A stretch of 64,000 nt of DNA from Gnetum montanum. Lineage: Eukaryota > Plantae > Gnetophyta. This document shows, in pieces, positions 49,457 to 63,315 of this stretch. How positions within the stretch are numbered: position 1 is the stretch's first letter; each line of letters starts with the position of its first letter. The stretch covers positions 1 through 64,000 of the forward strand of contig MNCI01000838.1 in the NCBI GenBank assembly GCA_015680685.1, given 5' to 3'. The translations under genes and the position numbers were made by a program. The notes below the pieces were generated by a model. The model ran no database searches. It was not told where the DNA came from and saw nothing but the letters and a program-made list of their open reading frames with translations.

Positions 49457-52400
49457 ATGGCTTTTTCAACTACTGTTGCCAATGCCTTCAACATGGAATT
49501 TCTCTTCAACATTGAAGTTCCCATTGTGGTTTAAGGCACTACTGGTGTTGAACAACCGCTAAACCCAACGTTGGAGACACGCCGATCTCTCAAAATCCAA
49601 AACTGAGGACCTAAAAGATTGGCCGAGCAACATGAGTGTTATAGTTTCCTCTATGCAAAGGTGTAGGCCAATCTTCCCTTAGATGCACATGAACTCGAGG
49701 ACAAACGTAGCTTCAAGTTCACTTATTGCAATGAGAAGGAATTTGTTCCTACTCTCGGCATTTCTTTACCTTTTACACAAGTGTACAAAAGGCTTCTAGA
49801 CTAACTAATCTAGTTGGCCAGGCTTAGGGCACAATAGGACATAGCCTCCAACCAAGATGATGCTTTCTAGAATGGATAGGAGGAACTTGATTCCTAATCA
49901 GATGATGGAGGTCCAACCAACTCTACTCCTATCCCTCCTACCAAGTCCTTCTTGGCCAAGCCGTCATCTGTCACGACTCCCTTTGTAATTAGGCCTACAC
50001 TTCTGCAACCTGCAACTGCAGCCATTATGGGTAGCCACGCTAATCCCATAGTGTTCCAACACCCTCTTTCACCTATTTCTCTTATTCCATTTGCGACTAC
50101 TACCCCTTTGCAGGCTATCCAACAGTCTATTCCTGTAGCACGTAACATGCCAACCGTGGCTACCCTGCCACATGTGCATGCCATACTGCCTTCACAAACA
50201 TACGTAACTTCTGCCTCTACTCCTACATTCATTTATTTTCCATCCACTACGGTAGGCCCTGGCCCTTCCACATGGTGGACCCCATTCGCTTCTTTACCTA
50301 ATTTGTAGTAGTCACAGATGTCTCACTATGTGTACTCTCAAATACACCAAGCCTCGCAGTCAGCACAGCCTAATCCAGGGTTATGGTCTATGCTACCAGT
50401 GACACAAGCAGTCTATTTGATAGCCCAACCCGTGGTCGCTGCCTTAACAACACCACCTACCAGGTCGTGGACAAGACAAGTAGTACCACTAGCAGGGATG
50501 TTCCCAATGGTACCACTGATGGATCACACCATCACCCCTATCATAACACATGCGGGCATGGCCTCTGTAGTGTCCCAATTATCTACAACATTGCTTGGTC
50601 TGGACCAAGCATTTTAGCTCATCCAAACCCTCACTGAGGAAATAAAATGCCTCAAGGCTACTAGGTTTGACACGGTACAAGTCATGTACTTTTACCAGGA
50701 TGACCCTATCAGTCCTGCAATCCCTACTTTGACATTACCTCCAGGGATGTCTCTCCTACATTTCATGAAGTACGATGGGGAGGGAGATCCTAACACACAT
50801 CTTTTCACCTTCAATTCTAAGTCTCTACTACTACAGCAATGGCTGCATACTATCATTTGCGTCTTCGCCATGTCCCTAGTCAGGAAAGCCTTGGATTGGT
50901 ATAGTGCATTGCCACACTCATCCATTTCAACCTTGGAAGAGCTATTAACCTAGTTCGTGCCACACTTCGAGTACAACTTGAAGCCAAAAACCACACTGGA
51001 TCAGTTGATGAGTGTGAAGAAAGACCCCCTAGAGCTAATCCAAAAGTTCATTCAGTGTTGGAGCGCTACCCTTAACGAGTTTCATGAGCCCATCACGGAG
51101 GTGCACCTGCTAGTTGTCTTTAAGGGTGTAGTGAACAACTTCATCAAGTCCAAACTGTACTACCTCACTCGCTCTCTTAGTTAGGCTTTTGCTCAGACTA
51201 AGAGCATACAAGATGTGGCCAAGACAAGCAAAGACCTAGCCTACATCGCTTACAAGAATACCTTTGCAAAGAAGGAAAAGGGTAAAGCCCCAACAACCAC
51301 AGTGGCTGCTGTGGCAACTGAGGCCAAACCCAAACCTAGCAAAAATGGTAGCAAGAATAGTAAGAAACCAGCCACACCCACGGCTAACTCTATGCCCAAA
51401 CTGGGCCACGTGCTGCAACCCACTGTACCCACGCCTAAGATATTTGCACAACCCAAGCCCAACTTTGAGCTCAAAGACCACTTAAAGTATACCCCGCTGC
51501 CTCTTAAGCCTTTAGAGCTTCTAAAGCAACTACTGGCAATGGGATACATCCAACACAAACAGATTTCAGAGGAAGCAACTACAAAACATCAACGCTATTG
51601 TGAGCTCCTTAAGAACCCCTCTTTGGCCTTTCCCAATGAGCCTCTAGTTCCTAGGGATTTTAGGCTAGATAGGTTTTGTGATTACCATCAATAGTGTGGC
51701 CACAACACAGATTACTTCCTAGCATTGCAAGATGACATTTAGAGGTTAATTGACTAGGGGAAACTGGTGTTGGATGGAAGCAACTTAGTACGCCCTAAAA
51801 ACCAATCTATGTATTTCTACATAGATCCCCTTAACACCAATAATGCTGGTTACGTAATCAATGAAATCGAGATCGACAATGATCCTAGGCCACCTTAGCA
51901 TCCATTCATAATCCACATGCCTCAGCGTAGTGCACCAATACCACAAGCAGTTAATCAAAGCTCGCAACAACCTTTCATCCTGAGAGTTCCCTCATAGGCA
52001 TCCACTTTTGTACCACCTGTCGGTGGGGCCACGTGGTCCTATTTGCTAACACCTTTAGCTCCATTCATCATTAGGGGGCCGACATCCTTGATGATCCCTA
52101 CCTCATGCAAAATAGCTGAGCTACCTTCTCGTCCCACAAAGTGAGGAATCCACTTCACAGGTGACACATCTAAGGGAGGTATCGTCTCAAGTACTCCCAA
52201 GCCTATGTCTTCACTCCTTGCATTGGTGCCAAGAACAGATGTCGACGGGACCACATAGTCTACGTCTTTCTGCCAACAAGGATATGAGCCCAGATCTAAT
52301 ATCTCCTCTCCTTGAGAAATTCGTCTTTTGGGATGGATAGAAGAGGAGGAAAGTATCAACAAACCAAGGGGCAACCAAGACCTCTTGAATTCCTTTACAC

Positions 52401-53281
52401 AGGTCAAGCAGGATCTAAAACAAAAAAATACTACCCTGAGCTTGTACAACTTGATCATGACATCTCCTCCACACTGCAAAGCTCTAATCTGCATGTTGAT
52501 AGTGACTCTAGTCAATGAAGACATGCTAGCAAAGGAGGAAGTGATCTACTCGGTCATGCTTCCCTCCACACCTACAGGGTTAGAACAACATCAACTAACC
52601 TTTTGTGATGATTCCATTAGGAAAAACCCGAAGAGGGATCACATGACTACGTTGCCCCTATTCATCACAATTCGGATTGGTCAATACCAGATCCGAAGGG
52701 TACACGTTGATGATGGGGCCACCACAAATTTCATCCCTTTCCCCATTGTAGACAAGCTGGGCTTGGTCGACCAAATCAAGCCCACAATGATGGCATGTCT
52801 AAGGTCATTCAATGGGGCATGGGTTGTGGTGAAAGGTACAATTCACATAAACTTCGTAGCAGGGGACCAGTTCCCCACAGACGTGATGTTCATCGTGGTT
52901 GAGGAAATGCCTGAGTTTAACCAAATCTTGGGGAGATTGTGGTTAGCACAACTTAGGGCTATCTTCTCATCCATACATCAGGAGATCCATCTACCTTATG
53001 CAGGTAGAGAGGTGATGATCCATAATGACGAAGTAGCAATGCAAGCAATCCACAACGTAGGCATGGAAGAAGGCTCAGAGGTCATAACTTCTAAAAATGA
53101 AGTACCTACTGAAACCTACATCGACTACTCGATAGAGGGGTCAGCTCATCACATTGATTCCCTAAATGAGAATGCATGGGATAAGTTGCCATTCTAGGTG
53201 GGAGGCAATGATGCAAACGAAGGCCCTGGCGTAGCGTCTCAACCTTACGTCTCATTCAACCTGCATCGTGTTAAGAAGTAG
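49457..53281 (+). pseudogene. Tat gag-protease, element D
   Basis: KYDGEGDPNTHLFTF, ALDWYSAL, FCDYHQ, RVHVDDGATTNFI, ILGRLWL. Confidence 0.88.
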
Positions 53282-53836
53282 CTTCACCTGGCATAGTAAC
53301 TTGACTACTTCTTGCCCACGTTTCAACACTATGGCCCNGCTAGTTTTATGCCATTTTGGGTCATAGCATTGCATTAGTTTTAGGTCATTTTGGGCCATAG
53401 AATTGCACTAGTTTTAGGCTGTTTTGGGCCATAGCCTTGTGCTAGTTTTGGGTCATTTCAGGCAATAGCATTGCGCTAGTTTTATGTCATTTCGGGTCAT
53501 AGTGTTGCACTAGTTTTAGGCCATTTTGGGCGATAGCGTTGCACTAGTTTTAGGCCATTTCAGGCCATAGCGTTGCACTAGTTTTAGGCTATTTTGGGCC
53601 ATAGTGTTGAAACGTGGGCAAGAAGTAGTCAAGTTACTATGCCAGGTGAAGCTACTTCTTAACACGATNTACATGAGCATGAATATCCTATACAAGATGC
53701 ATGCATGTAGTAGACACGTTTGCACAAACGTTTCTTACTTTATTTAAAAAATTTTGTATTTCAATGTTTGCAAAATTTGTTGCACAATATCTCAAAATCC
53801 AAAATTTTAAATTGTCAAAAAAAAAATCCCATGCTG

Positions 53837-56800
53837 TCATGAGATGTTTCTATTTGCATCATCTCCGCCATCCATGCCTGCATCGTTTCCCTTGGCATTG
53901 TCTTCCATTGCCTGGTTTTTTGTCAGCTCTTCATTCCCTCCCTCTATGGGTGCTACGTCATCACCTAGGGCCTGCATCACAGAGGTGAAGTGGCCAGTTA
54001 AGACAACAAATGCAAAGTACAATCTAGCATGAACTTTAATGCGATAGAGCGCAAATAACCTGAGTAGGTCCCACATCAGTCTCAAAAGGTATTTGGTCCA
54101 GACCAAGCCCGAGGTGACACCAAACCTTCTCTACTATAATATCTATCCAATGGCTCCTGTCTGATGTAGGATCGGCTATAGCGGCTCTTGCCCTTTTAGT
54201 CAGTGTCCACCTTGACGGCCTTGGAGTATAGGAGATGGCTACAGCCTCTCCTATGGGAAGGATCACCTTCGAGTTAGGAGCCTTCGTCACCTTGACTTTC
54301 TCTTTGAACCTATTATAAGCCTAAGAGGTGTCAAAAGCATTTACAAAAGCTTCGTACGTAAATGCCTCCATAGCTACATCTTCGTATAAATTGCGATGGG
54401 AAGCATTCTCTTACTTGTACATATACTTGTGGTTTCTTTGGGTCTGCCCCCATTCAAAAATCTTAGCGCTGAGGTCTTTTAGATCTTGACACTTCTAGTC
54501 TAGAAAGTCCATCTGCATGCGCTACTCTATCACCTCATAGGTAGTCTCGACATGTTATCGCGCAACTGTCCAAAGCCTGGCGTGGTCTACCACGACTATG
54601 TACTAGTCCTCATTGTTGGTTGCCCGAGCCATGAGGAACTCATTCCTTGACCTAAGATCCACTACCTCGGTTCTCAGGTTGACCTCCCCTTCTCTACCTT
54701 CTTGGCTCTTTTTGATAGTTCCTTGTTAGTATGCCTACACTCTTATAGGGAGCACACTGGGAGCATAGCACATTTGCAAACCTCGTCATATGCATGATGA
54801 GACACCTCAATATCCTCTGGTGGAAATGTGGACACAGCATCGACCTTTAAAGGTTGTGTCAAGTTCCACTTGAGTTGAGAAGCTGTCATGACATGAAGAG
54901 TACACTAGTCGCATTAGCGTAGCACAAGTAGTGAATGCAAGAGACCTTAGCATAGCATCACAAGAGAAAACAACATAACTACTTACCCTCTTTAGGGTCC
55001 ACCTGCTAAAGGCGCCTAACCATGTCATCAACAATCCCTTGCATAAACGTGAATTTATTGGGGACTTCAGCCCAAGGTCCAACGTGAACCAGAGTGGGTT
55101 TTGTAGCTTCAGTAGTAGCATCTGTTGCATAGCCAAACACATTAGCAATGACCAAAATGGACTATGATAAGGAAACATATTTTTGAACTCACCAACATCT
55201 GGTGGTGGTCTCTCTTCCGGCTGACGCAAAATGATGGTAGAGGCCTAGTTGGAAGTATCTCCCAACTCCATATAAACCTCCTCTTCATGCATTGGTGCTT
55301 TCCCCTTAAGGAGACCAACGTCTTGTTTATTCAAGGTGGACTCCTCAATAGGAGGATTCTTCCTAATGACAAGAGCCCCTACCTTAGCCGCAGGAGCTCC
55401 CTTCTTCTTGACCAGAGCCCCTCTCATCAAAACTAGGGCCTCTATGTCCTTATTCATTGCTACTGGAGCCCCTCTCACCAAAACTAGGGCCTCTGTGTCC
55501 TCATTTGTTGACCCCATCATAGGATCTGACACTTCTTCGGCATTTGCCTCTTCTTATTCTCTCTCTTCTGATAGTCAGACACATTGGCATTAATGCAAGG
55601 AAAAATTAGCCCAAGGTAGATGTTACGCTATGCTATGCCAGCTAGCGTAGCATAGCCTAGCAGAAAAAAACCAAGTAGGAAATGAATGAAAACGCTTACC
55701 AATAGGAAGTTACATCCTTTGCATTTTAATCCACAGCCTCCTCCTCCTCCATGCGAAGGGCTAGGGGAGGCCTCTTCTACTGCAATGTGCTAGCAACTGT
55801 TTCAGCCATGAAGTGCTCACCTCATGATAGACTACTATCCATAGCAGGGGGTGTCTCTCCTATGTTATCCTGGCCATGAATGTTGTGGGCCAATTGATCC
55901 TTAGTCGTTATTGAAGATGACTCTCCAACTACCTCTAGGGGATCTTGGGCTTGAATAGTCCAGAAGACCTAGCGAATCCAAGGTTTGGAAATCTAGTCGT
56001 GATTCTGCAACACCCAGTTTCCTCTCTCATGAACCACAAGGAACTCCACGAAGTGATTAAGGTAGCCTATATAAAAGGCTTAGTGGATGTTAAATCGGGC
56101 CTCCATTTTTTCACGGTGCCCTAAGATCACTACCTGCAAGCCTTTTCATAGGAATGCAATCCATTTTTAACGAGTCCCCTCTTCCATGACCTCACACATT
56201 ATCCAAGCCTATTCAAGCCCCAAGACCTTTCCCTGGGTAAGTAGCTGGGGGAACACATGAGCAAGGAAAATAGGGTAGAACTTCTTGATGGGTCCTTCCA
56301 TAAGCTTCTCCATGGGGAGTTCCTTACGCTCCTTGACAAGCCCTAGCCACTCTTCGAGGTCCCTCTTCTCAAGGGTCAACTCTAACTTGGATTTTGACCC
56401 CACCAAGATTCCCTTAGTAGCAACGTTGAATAGATCCACGAATAGTTGATCATTAATGTCAATGACCACCCACACGCCATGCATGCTTAGGTGAAAATGG
56501 CCAACCTTGTTGGAGAAGGACTTGATCAAGGTGAGCATCTCAGCCATGGGAACATTTAGGTTTTGTGTCAGGAATAGATCCAGAAGCCCTACCTTCTCGA
56601 GGTTCTTAAGAAGAGCATCCAAGGCCTTCCCATTTAGCCAATGCTGGTTGTTCTCTACTTCTCCATACTTGAAGTAGATGTTTGCCCCCTGCACCTCAGC
56701 AGCTACCATTGTCACCCCCTTAAGCTTCTTCGCGCCTTGCAATAGGTCAATAAAATGTTTAAGAAAAAGACACAAGAAATTCAAAATTTGCAAAGGCATC

Positions 56801-58237
56801 AAACATGTAGCAACACTTACCACTCAACCTACTAGGTTGGTATGGTAATGGGAACTATGGGAATTCAATCAAGACCTCTTCTACCGTGACCTGTTTAAAG
56901 GGTTTTGTCCACTCCCTATCCAACCAGCCCCACCCCTTACACTGATTGTAGAGGAGAGAATATGAATCTATGTAGGAGCGGTATTCACCCCCACATTGAC
57001 AAATCATTCCCATGTGTAGGTTTTGGGTAGAAGAAAACTCCTGTAGGGCTACTTGTGCGATGGTCAGTAAATTCAGTAGTTCATGAACATCCTTCTCATC
57101 AAGGAAGAACCTAGTAGCAAATGCATACCATTAGCATTAGGCCATCATGGCCAATGTCGCACAAACATAGTAGAAAAAAGTTGCAAAACTCACCCCTCCG
57201 CAACATAGAAAGTTCCTTGAGGGTTCTGGAAGCACATTATCACAAAACATGCAAGAAAAAATGTGTTGAAGATGTGGTAGCAGTCATACTCAGTCATCTC
57301 TTAGATCCAGGCCAAGCGCCTTAACCCTATAGGGCACTGACCAGATCCTTCTCCCTTCCTACTTGTAATTGCCCCATTGATCAGAAACCTCAAAATGCCT
57401 CTGCTTGATCTGAGAAAAATGGTTTCTATGATGATGGATGCCTCCTCCTCCCCCAGAGAGGACCAAATGATCATACTAAAGTGGTCAAGGAGAAATTCCA
57501 AGAAGTCTTATGCCCCTGGCCTGAACCAGACCCCTTGGTCCCCTGTACGAATATGAGGGAGGGGGAGCAACATTATCCACTGGCCTGCCTATGTGACATA
57601 GGATTCCTCTAACCTCCAGAACAATTAGCCTAGGCCTCAACCCTATCCTACACGACACAATGTGCAAGATGATCAACAATACAAATGCAACATGGTAACA
57701 ACATAGCATAGCATTCTTCCCATGCATAGTGTAGCAAGAGTATGAAAGCCTAGCATAGTGTAGCAATAGAAAATTGATGACATGCCCTAGCAAAACAATT
57801 GTCATGCCCTTGCATCATACATGGTCTAACCCTTCTTAGAATCCCATGTAACGCCATTTAAAAATTAGGTAACTTAAATTGTCCAAGCCCCCATAGTTAT
57901 GAAAACTGCGGCAGTGGAAGTTTAAGTGGCCTTGCATGCAACAATGACGTAATGTTTATGCATCTGTCATAACTGGAATGGCAACGGTGGCAATGTAAGG
58001 GCCAAAATGATGCAATGAAAGAAAAGAAAAGTAGATAAGAATAGATGCAAAGCTAACAGAACACGAGGAGAAAATAGGAAACAATAGGAAACACAGAATA
58101 AAAAAAAGTGGAGGAAGTGTAACCTACTGGGTCAACGACGTGCTCCTCCACGCCACAACGTGCGCTTGTGATGTGTACGCTAGGGTCTTCTTTGCCTTGT
58201 TGACCTTTGCAAGTGCTAAATGGGTCTTAGGGGCCAT
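53837..58237 (-). pseudogene. Spliced antisense gene inside element D
   Basis: MAPKT start (58237). Donors at 58127, 56820, 55699 and 54986. Large exon 55700-56736 is homologous to 33146-34177. Confidence 0.7.
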
Positions 58238-59133
58238 TTTCCTAATTGTCAATGCACACTCTTCGCTGTAAAAAATTCACCTCGCTAGTCATTAACACAA
58301 TTGCTTCGTGCTCTAAAATTGCCCTATGTTCCGATATGAGTTCTATGCTCTTACAATAAGAATGGCAAAATTTCCAGGCTTAATCACTATTTATGGTCAT
58401 GATGGTAAAATGGAAAAACTTGTTGCCCTCCCTCTGCAATTAATGTGGAGCATGCCATAGAGCGTAGCATGCTCACCATGACATCGTAGCACTGTTGGCA
58501 TTAAAGCCTTCACACGCTGTGAGTCAGTCATGTGCTTTCCCGAGAACAAAAAAAGTATATATTTCTTTTCGTTACAAGTCCAAAAAGACCTTAAACTAGC
58601 AATCCTAATGTATTTATATTTCTAATGATCTGGAAAGACCCTAAACTAGCAGTCTCAACCTGTTACATTTGGAGTCCATAATTACATGGGCAGTTTCACA
58701 CCTTTCTAAAGTTCCACACTTCCATATTGGCAGTATTACCATTTCTAGCAGTTTTGTGTCAGCAATTTGCCTATCCTGTCTTAACGGTTTTTCATTTTCG
58801 ATACTTACCTTTGCTCGTTTCACATTTCATCATTATGCATGTTCAAAATTTGCATGTTACAATCTGGCAGTCTGAAATGACACTAAACTAGCAGCTTGGC
58901 ATTTGCATGTTAACAGTTTCATATCTTTGCACCTTTGCATTGGAAACTTTACATCTTTAGCAGTTTTGCACTCTCACACCTTGACGGTTAGCCATGACCT
59001 TAAATTGGCAAACTTTAATCTTTACATCATCATACATCACAAGTTATATCTCATCATTACTTTGCACATTTTTGATATGCGTAGTCTTTGCCAACAAATG
59101 CCTCTTAACCAGTCTTTTGTCTCATATTGGTAG

Positions 59134-62007
59134 GCTGAGCAAGAGATGGAAGTCCATTACGACCTCTCCATGACTTTAACACTAGCAGGTCCATAGGGCA
59201 AGCTCACAAGATAGTTGAACCCCAACATGATTGACTGGGGGTCAACCACAATTAGCACCATAGCAACCTTAGAAGCATCCTCAAACTAGCCTGAGCAGCT
59301 AGGAAAATCCCTATATTTAAAGGTCAGGGATGTGACCGAGGACCCTATCATTGAGATTCCTATTACCACATCTAAAGGGAAGATGAAAACATTGAAAATC
59401 AGCTCCCTTTTAGACACATGAATGCACAAAAGCATAGCCAAGATCCTACAAGATAATATCAATGTCTTCGCATGGTCATATAGTGACATGCCGGGTTTAG
59501 ATCTGTGGCTGATTTAGCACAACATTGTCCTAGACCTGCGCATGAAGGAAATCAAGTAGAAGGCTCACAAAATTAAACCAAAAATCATACTAGCTATGAG
59601 GGATGAAATCACCAAGCTATACCAAGCTGGTTTCATCCACATGGTTGATTACTCAGAGTGGGTGTCCAACATCATTGTAGTTTCGAAGAGAACAAGAGGA
59701 ATACGCATCTGTATAGACTTCTAGGACTTGAACAAGGCAACGATCAAGGATAACTTTCCACTCCCAAGCATTGATCAACTCATCGACACCACGGCTGATC
59801 ACACTTTACTATCCTTTATGGACGATTTCTATGGTTATAACCAAATCCACATTAACCTAGAGCACCAACTATTAATGACCTTCATGACATCATGGGGTAC
59901 CTTCTGCTATACCATGATGCCTTTCAGGCTCAAGAATGCTGGAGCAACCTACCAGCGAGTCATGACCTACATCTTTAGTGACTACCTATATACTTCTAGC
60001 TATTACCACTTTGTAGGCTATTACAACATCATTTACCACTTTAGTGACCTACATCATTTGCAGGCTAAAAAAGTGGAGAGCAATATACTCCAGGCTATTA
60101 CCAAAAACCTATATGAAAGTAACAGGATAGCCTGATGGAAAGTAATAACTGTAAAGTTTGATTTACACTATGTAATTCAATCGTTGAGGAAGGGTCAACC
60201 CAACTCATGGCCTTGCCAGTCGATGATTAGGAAACCATAGATTTTGAATTCCCAGATGAACATGTTAGCAAGGTCGACATTGTCCTGTCACATCTTGAAG
60301 CCACTTTACACTTTGATGGTGCATCAACCACATGAGGAGGTAGAGCAGCTACTGTCATCACGTTCCCTTTTAGGTAAATGCATCCTTTCACTTATCATTT
60401 TTCATTCCCATGCACCAACAATGTGACAAAATATGAATGGCTACTCAGAGGCCTCTTAACTACCCAAACTCTGCACATATAACACTTGGAAATCTAGGGA
60501 GATTCACAACTAGTCATGAATCAAATCAATGAGGTCTACGCCTGCAAGGCTACGCACTTGCAACCCTACTAAAACCTATCAAAAACCCTACTTAAGCAAT
60601 TTACGATCACATATGTGCAACACGTGCCACACAACGAGAACACCGTGGTAGATGCCTTAGCTACCCTTGCTTTAAACATTCCATCATATTCCCTGGTGAA
60701 CCTGCCAACTTCAATTATCAAATCCATAGAGCCTATCACTCAAGTGGAACACATGGCCTCTGTTAGTGCTATGAATACCCAGGAGTGGTATGCCGACATT
60801 AAGGCTTACCTACAACATGACAAAACCCCAAGTGGATTGACATCTACTCAAAAAGATGTAATCTGTAGGCATGCTTGGTATTACATGCTCATAGGAAATG
60901 ATGTCCTATGCTGATGGGATATTGCTAGCATGCATGGTTGGGGAGCAAGTGCAGAAGGTAGTTAATGAAGTGCATGAGGGGCTTTGTGGTGGACACATAG
61001 CACCCAGTGCTAGGGCTGCAAAAATTAGATGCCTAGGATACTACTGGCCCCACATGGAATGTGACTGCCTATCAAAAGTCAAGATGTGCGACGTGTGCCA
61101 GAGATATGCATATCTCATACACGTAGCACCTGCAGACTTACATCCAACACAAATCACGTGGCCCTTCCAACGATGGGGACTAGACCTCATAGGGCCTATC
61201 ACCCCTAAGTCCTCCATGGGGCATAGTTTCATTATCATTGCCACTAAGTATTTTACCAAGTGGGTGGAAGCTATTCCCTTGAGGAAGACGACTTCATGGC
61301 AAATCTTCCATTTCATCCTAGATGACATCGTAACTAGATTCGAGCTTCCAATGATCAACAATGGGCCACAGTTTAGCAGTACGAAAACCTGAACCTTCTA
61401 CAACAATATAGGCATTAAAAAATCATTTTTCTCCCCTTATTATCCACAGGAAAATGGGTAGGTAGAGGCTACAAATAAGCCCATCAACAACTTGCTGAAG
61501 TGAATACTCAATAATAGCAAGAGACAGTGGCATGAGAAAATCCTCTACATCTTGTGGGCCTACCAAACGACATGCTGAACAACAACAAGTAAGACTCCTT
61601 ACAGCCTTGTTTATAGATTTGAAGCTATGTTGCCTCTTGAGTTGCAAGTACCCTTACTTCAGATGATCCTATCCAATGTTGTGAGCGAAGCCTAGAACAA
61701 TGAGTCATGGATTGTCAATCCCGACTCAATAGAGGAGGAATGCGCATAGACGCTAAGATGCATCGAGCACTACCAAAGCAAGCATCAGTAGAAGCATCAT
61801 GTAGACCCATGTTGGCGTCCAGTGCAGAAGGGAGACCTCATCCTTAAGGCCATTTGAGAGCATATGAGCAAATTCTCAACCAACTGGGAAGGTCCTTACA
61901 TGGTCACCAAAGCCTTCGAGAATGGAACCTTCAAGCTGGCGGACATGGACGGCAATGCATTCGCCAACTCGTTGAATCACTCATACCTCAAGCCATTCTA
62001 TGTCTAA
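59134..62007 (+). pseudogene. Tat pol (RT, RH, aRH, integrase) with internal deletion
   Basis: VFAWSYSDMPG, RICIDF*DLNKA, MPFRLKNAGATYQR, FDGAS..GDSQL, HEGLCGGH, WGLDLIGP, WEGPY. The YVDD region is deleted. Confidence 0.9.
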
Positions 62008-62024
62008 GGTGCAATGGTAGCCAC

Positions 62025-62255
62025 CACCATCCACTACGATGTTAAACTGGCAATAGCACCAAGCAGCATCTGCAATGACATTAAACTAGCAGCATCGAGC
62101 ACCTTCAGCTACAATGTTAAACTAGCGACAACAGTAAGTAGCATCCGCTACGATGTTAAACTAGCATGTACGGTCTTCTGGGAGCTTAAACCAGCATAGT
62201 GGTCTGTTGGGATCCTCAACTAGCACATGGTCTACTAGGACCTTAAACTAGGTTT
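62025..62255 (+). repeat. ~36-bp tandem repeats after integrase
   Basis: CTACGATGTTAAACTAGC units. Confidence 0.8.
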
Positions 62256-63315
62256 GCATCACATCCCTAGCATGCATCAACACTAGATACACATCAAACG
62301 AGCAGGCGTGATGCCAACGTGTGGGTGGATCGCCGTAGCTCCAGAACGTGATTCGCGACATAATGGGAATGCGGTCTCGAACACATGCAACATTGCCACC
62401 CTTGGCATTATGCTAATCCTCCAAAGATGTCATAGGGAATTATACTAGCCCTCCAGACCTACCATCGCCATGGCCCCTTACCCTAATGGTAGCTTCTTGG
62501 CTAGTGCCTATAGCTAGATTTCAGGCAGTATTATGGGCCAGCCACAATATTGTTTTCCTCCAGCCCCTTGCCAATGATGTTCAACTCTATGATACCTAAC
62601 CCCATAGCTAAACTGGGAATGCATGCCCCTAGTAGGGATTCCAGTGCATACGCACTCAGAGTGGCACCTCAAAGGTCGGTTCCTCCTCGTCGATGCTGCC
62701 AAGGTCTCTACTGGCCTATCTACTTTGGACATCGTACACCACCAATGATGTTAAAAAGCTATAACAACACTAGCAGCCAGCAAGATCTTTATCCCTGAGG
62801 GCATGGCTTGTGATAGCAGCAAATGCTATAGTGCCACAAAGTAAGTTCCTCATCTAGCTTAGCTACTACAGAGTGCAAACTCCCATGGCGTGCATAACAT
62901 AGCTCGTCACCTGGGAAACACTAGTGCAAGTTCCATGACATGCGTAATAGAGCTCGCCACATCGAAAACATCTATAGGTAGGTCAAAACCTTACAACAAT
63001 GTAACACAACTCATCCTGGGAAAGACACCTATCCTACGAGAGGCCGGAGGATAGTTGAAGCAAAGGTGAAAATGCACATGGCTCCCTCAGAGAACTCCAA
63101 CCAGGGATCCAGTTAAACCTTATCCGTGCCCTTCTCCTATGCCTCCTTCCTCCCTGCTTTGCATATCCACTTCAATGCAACACTCTCAAGTGTAGTCAAG
63201 CGATGTCTCAGCACTCACCAAGTGACAACCTTAGCATTTCATCTACTGTGGTTTTTCATATTCTTTATTGACGTGTATCGAACCCATTCTCTAGACATCT
63301 ACAAAGAGGGGCCAA

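Noticed and set aside
53266-53669. Long perfect inverted repeat / local inversion
   Set aside because: The inverted segment is bounded by n at 53338 and 53669, and the homologous array in B is in forward orientation. Most likely a mis-oriented contig.
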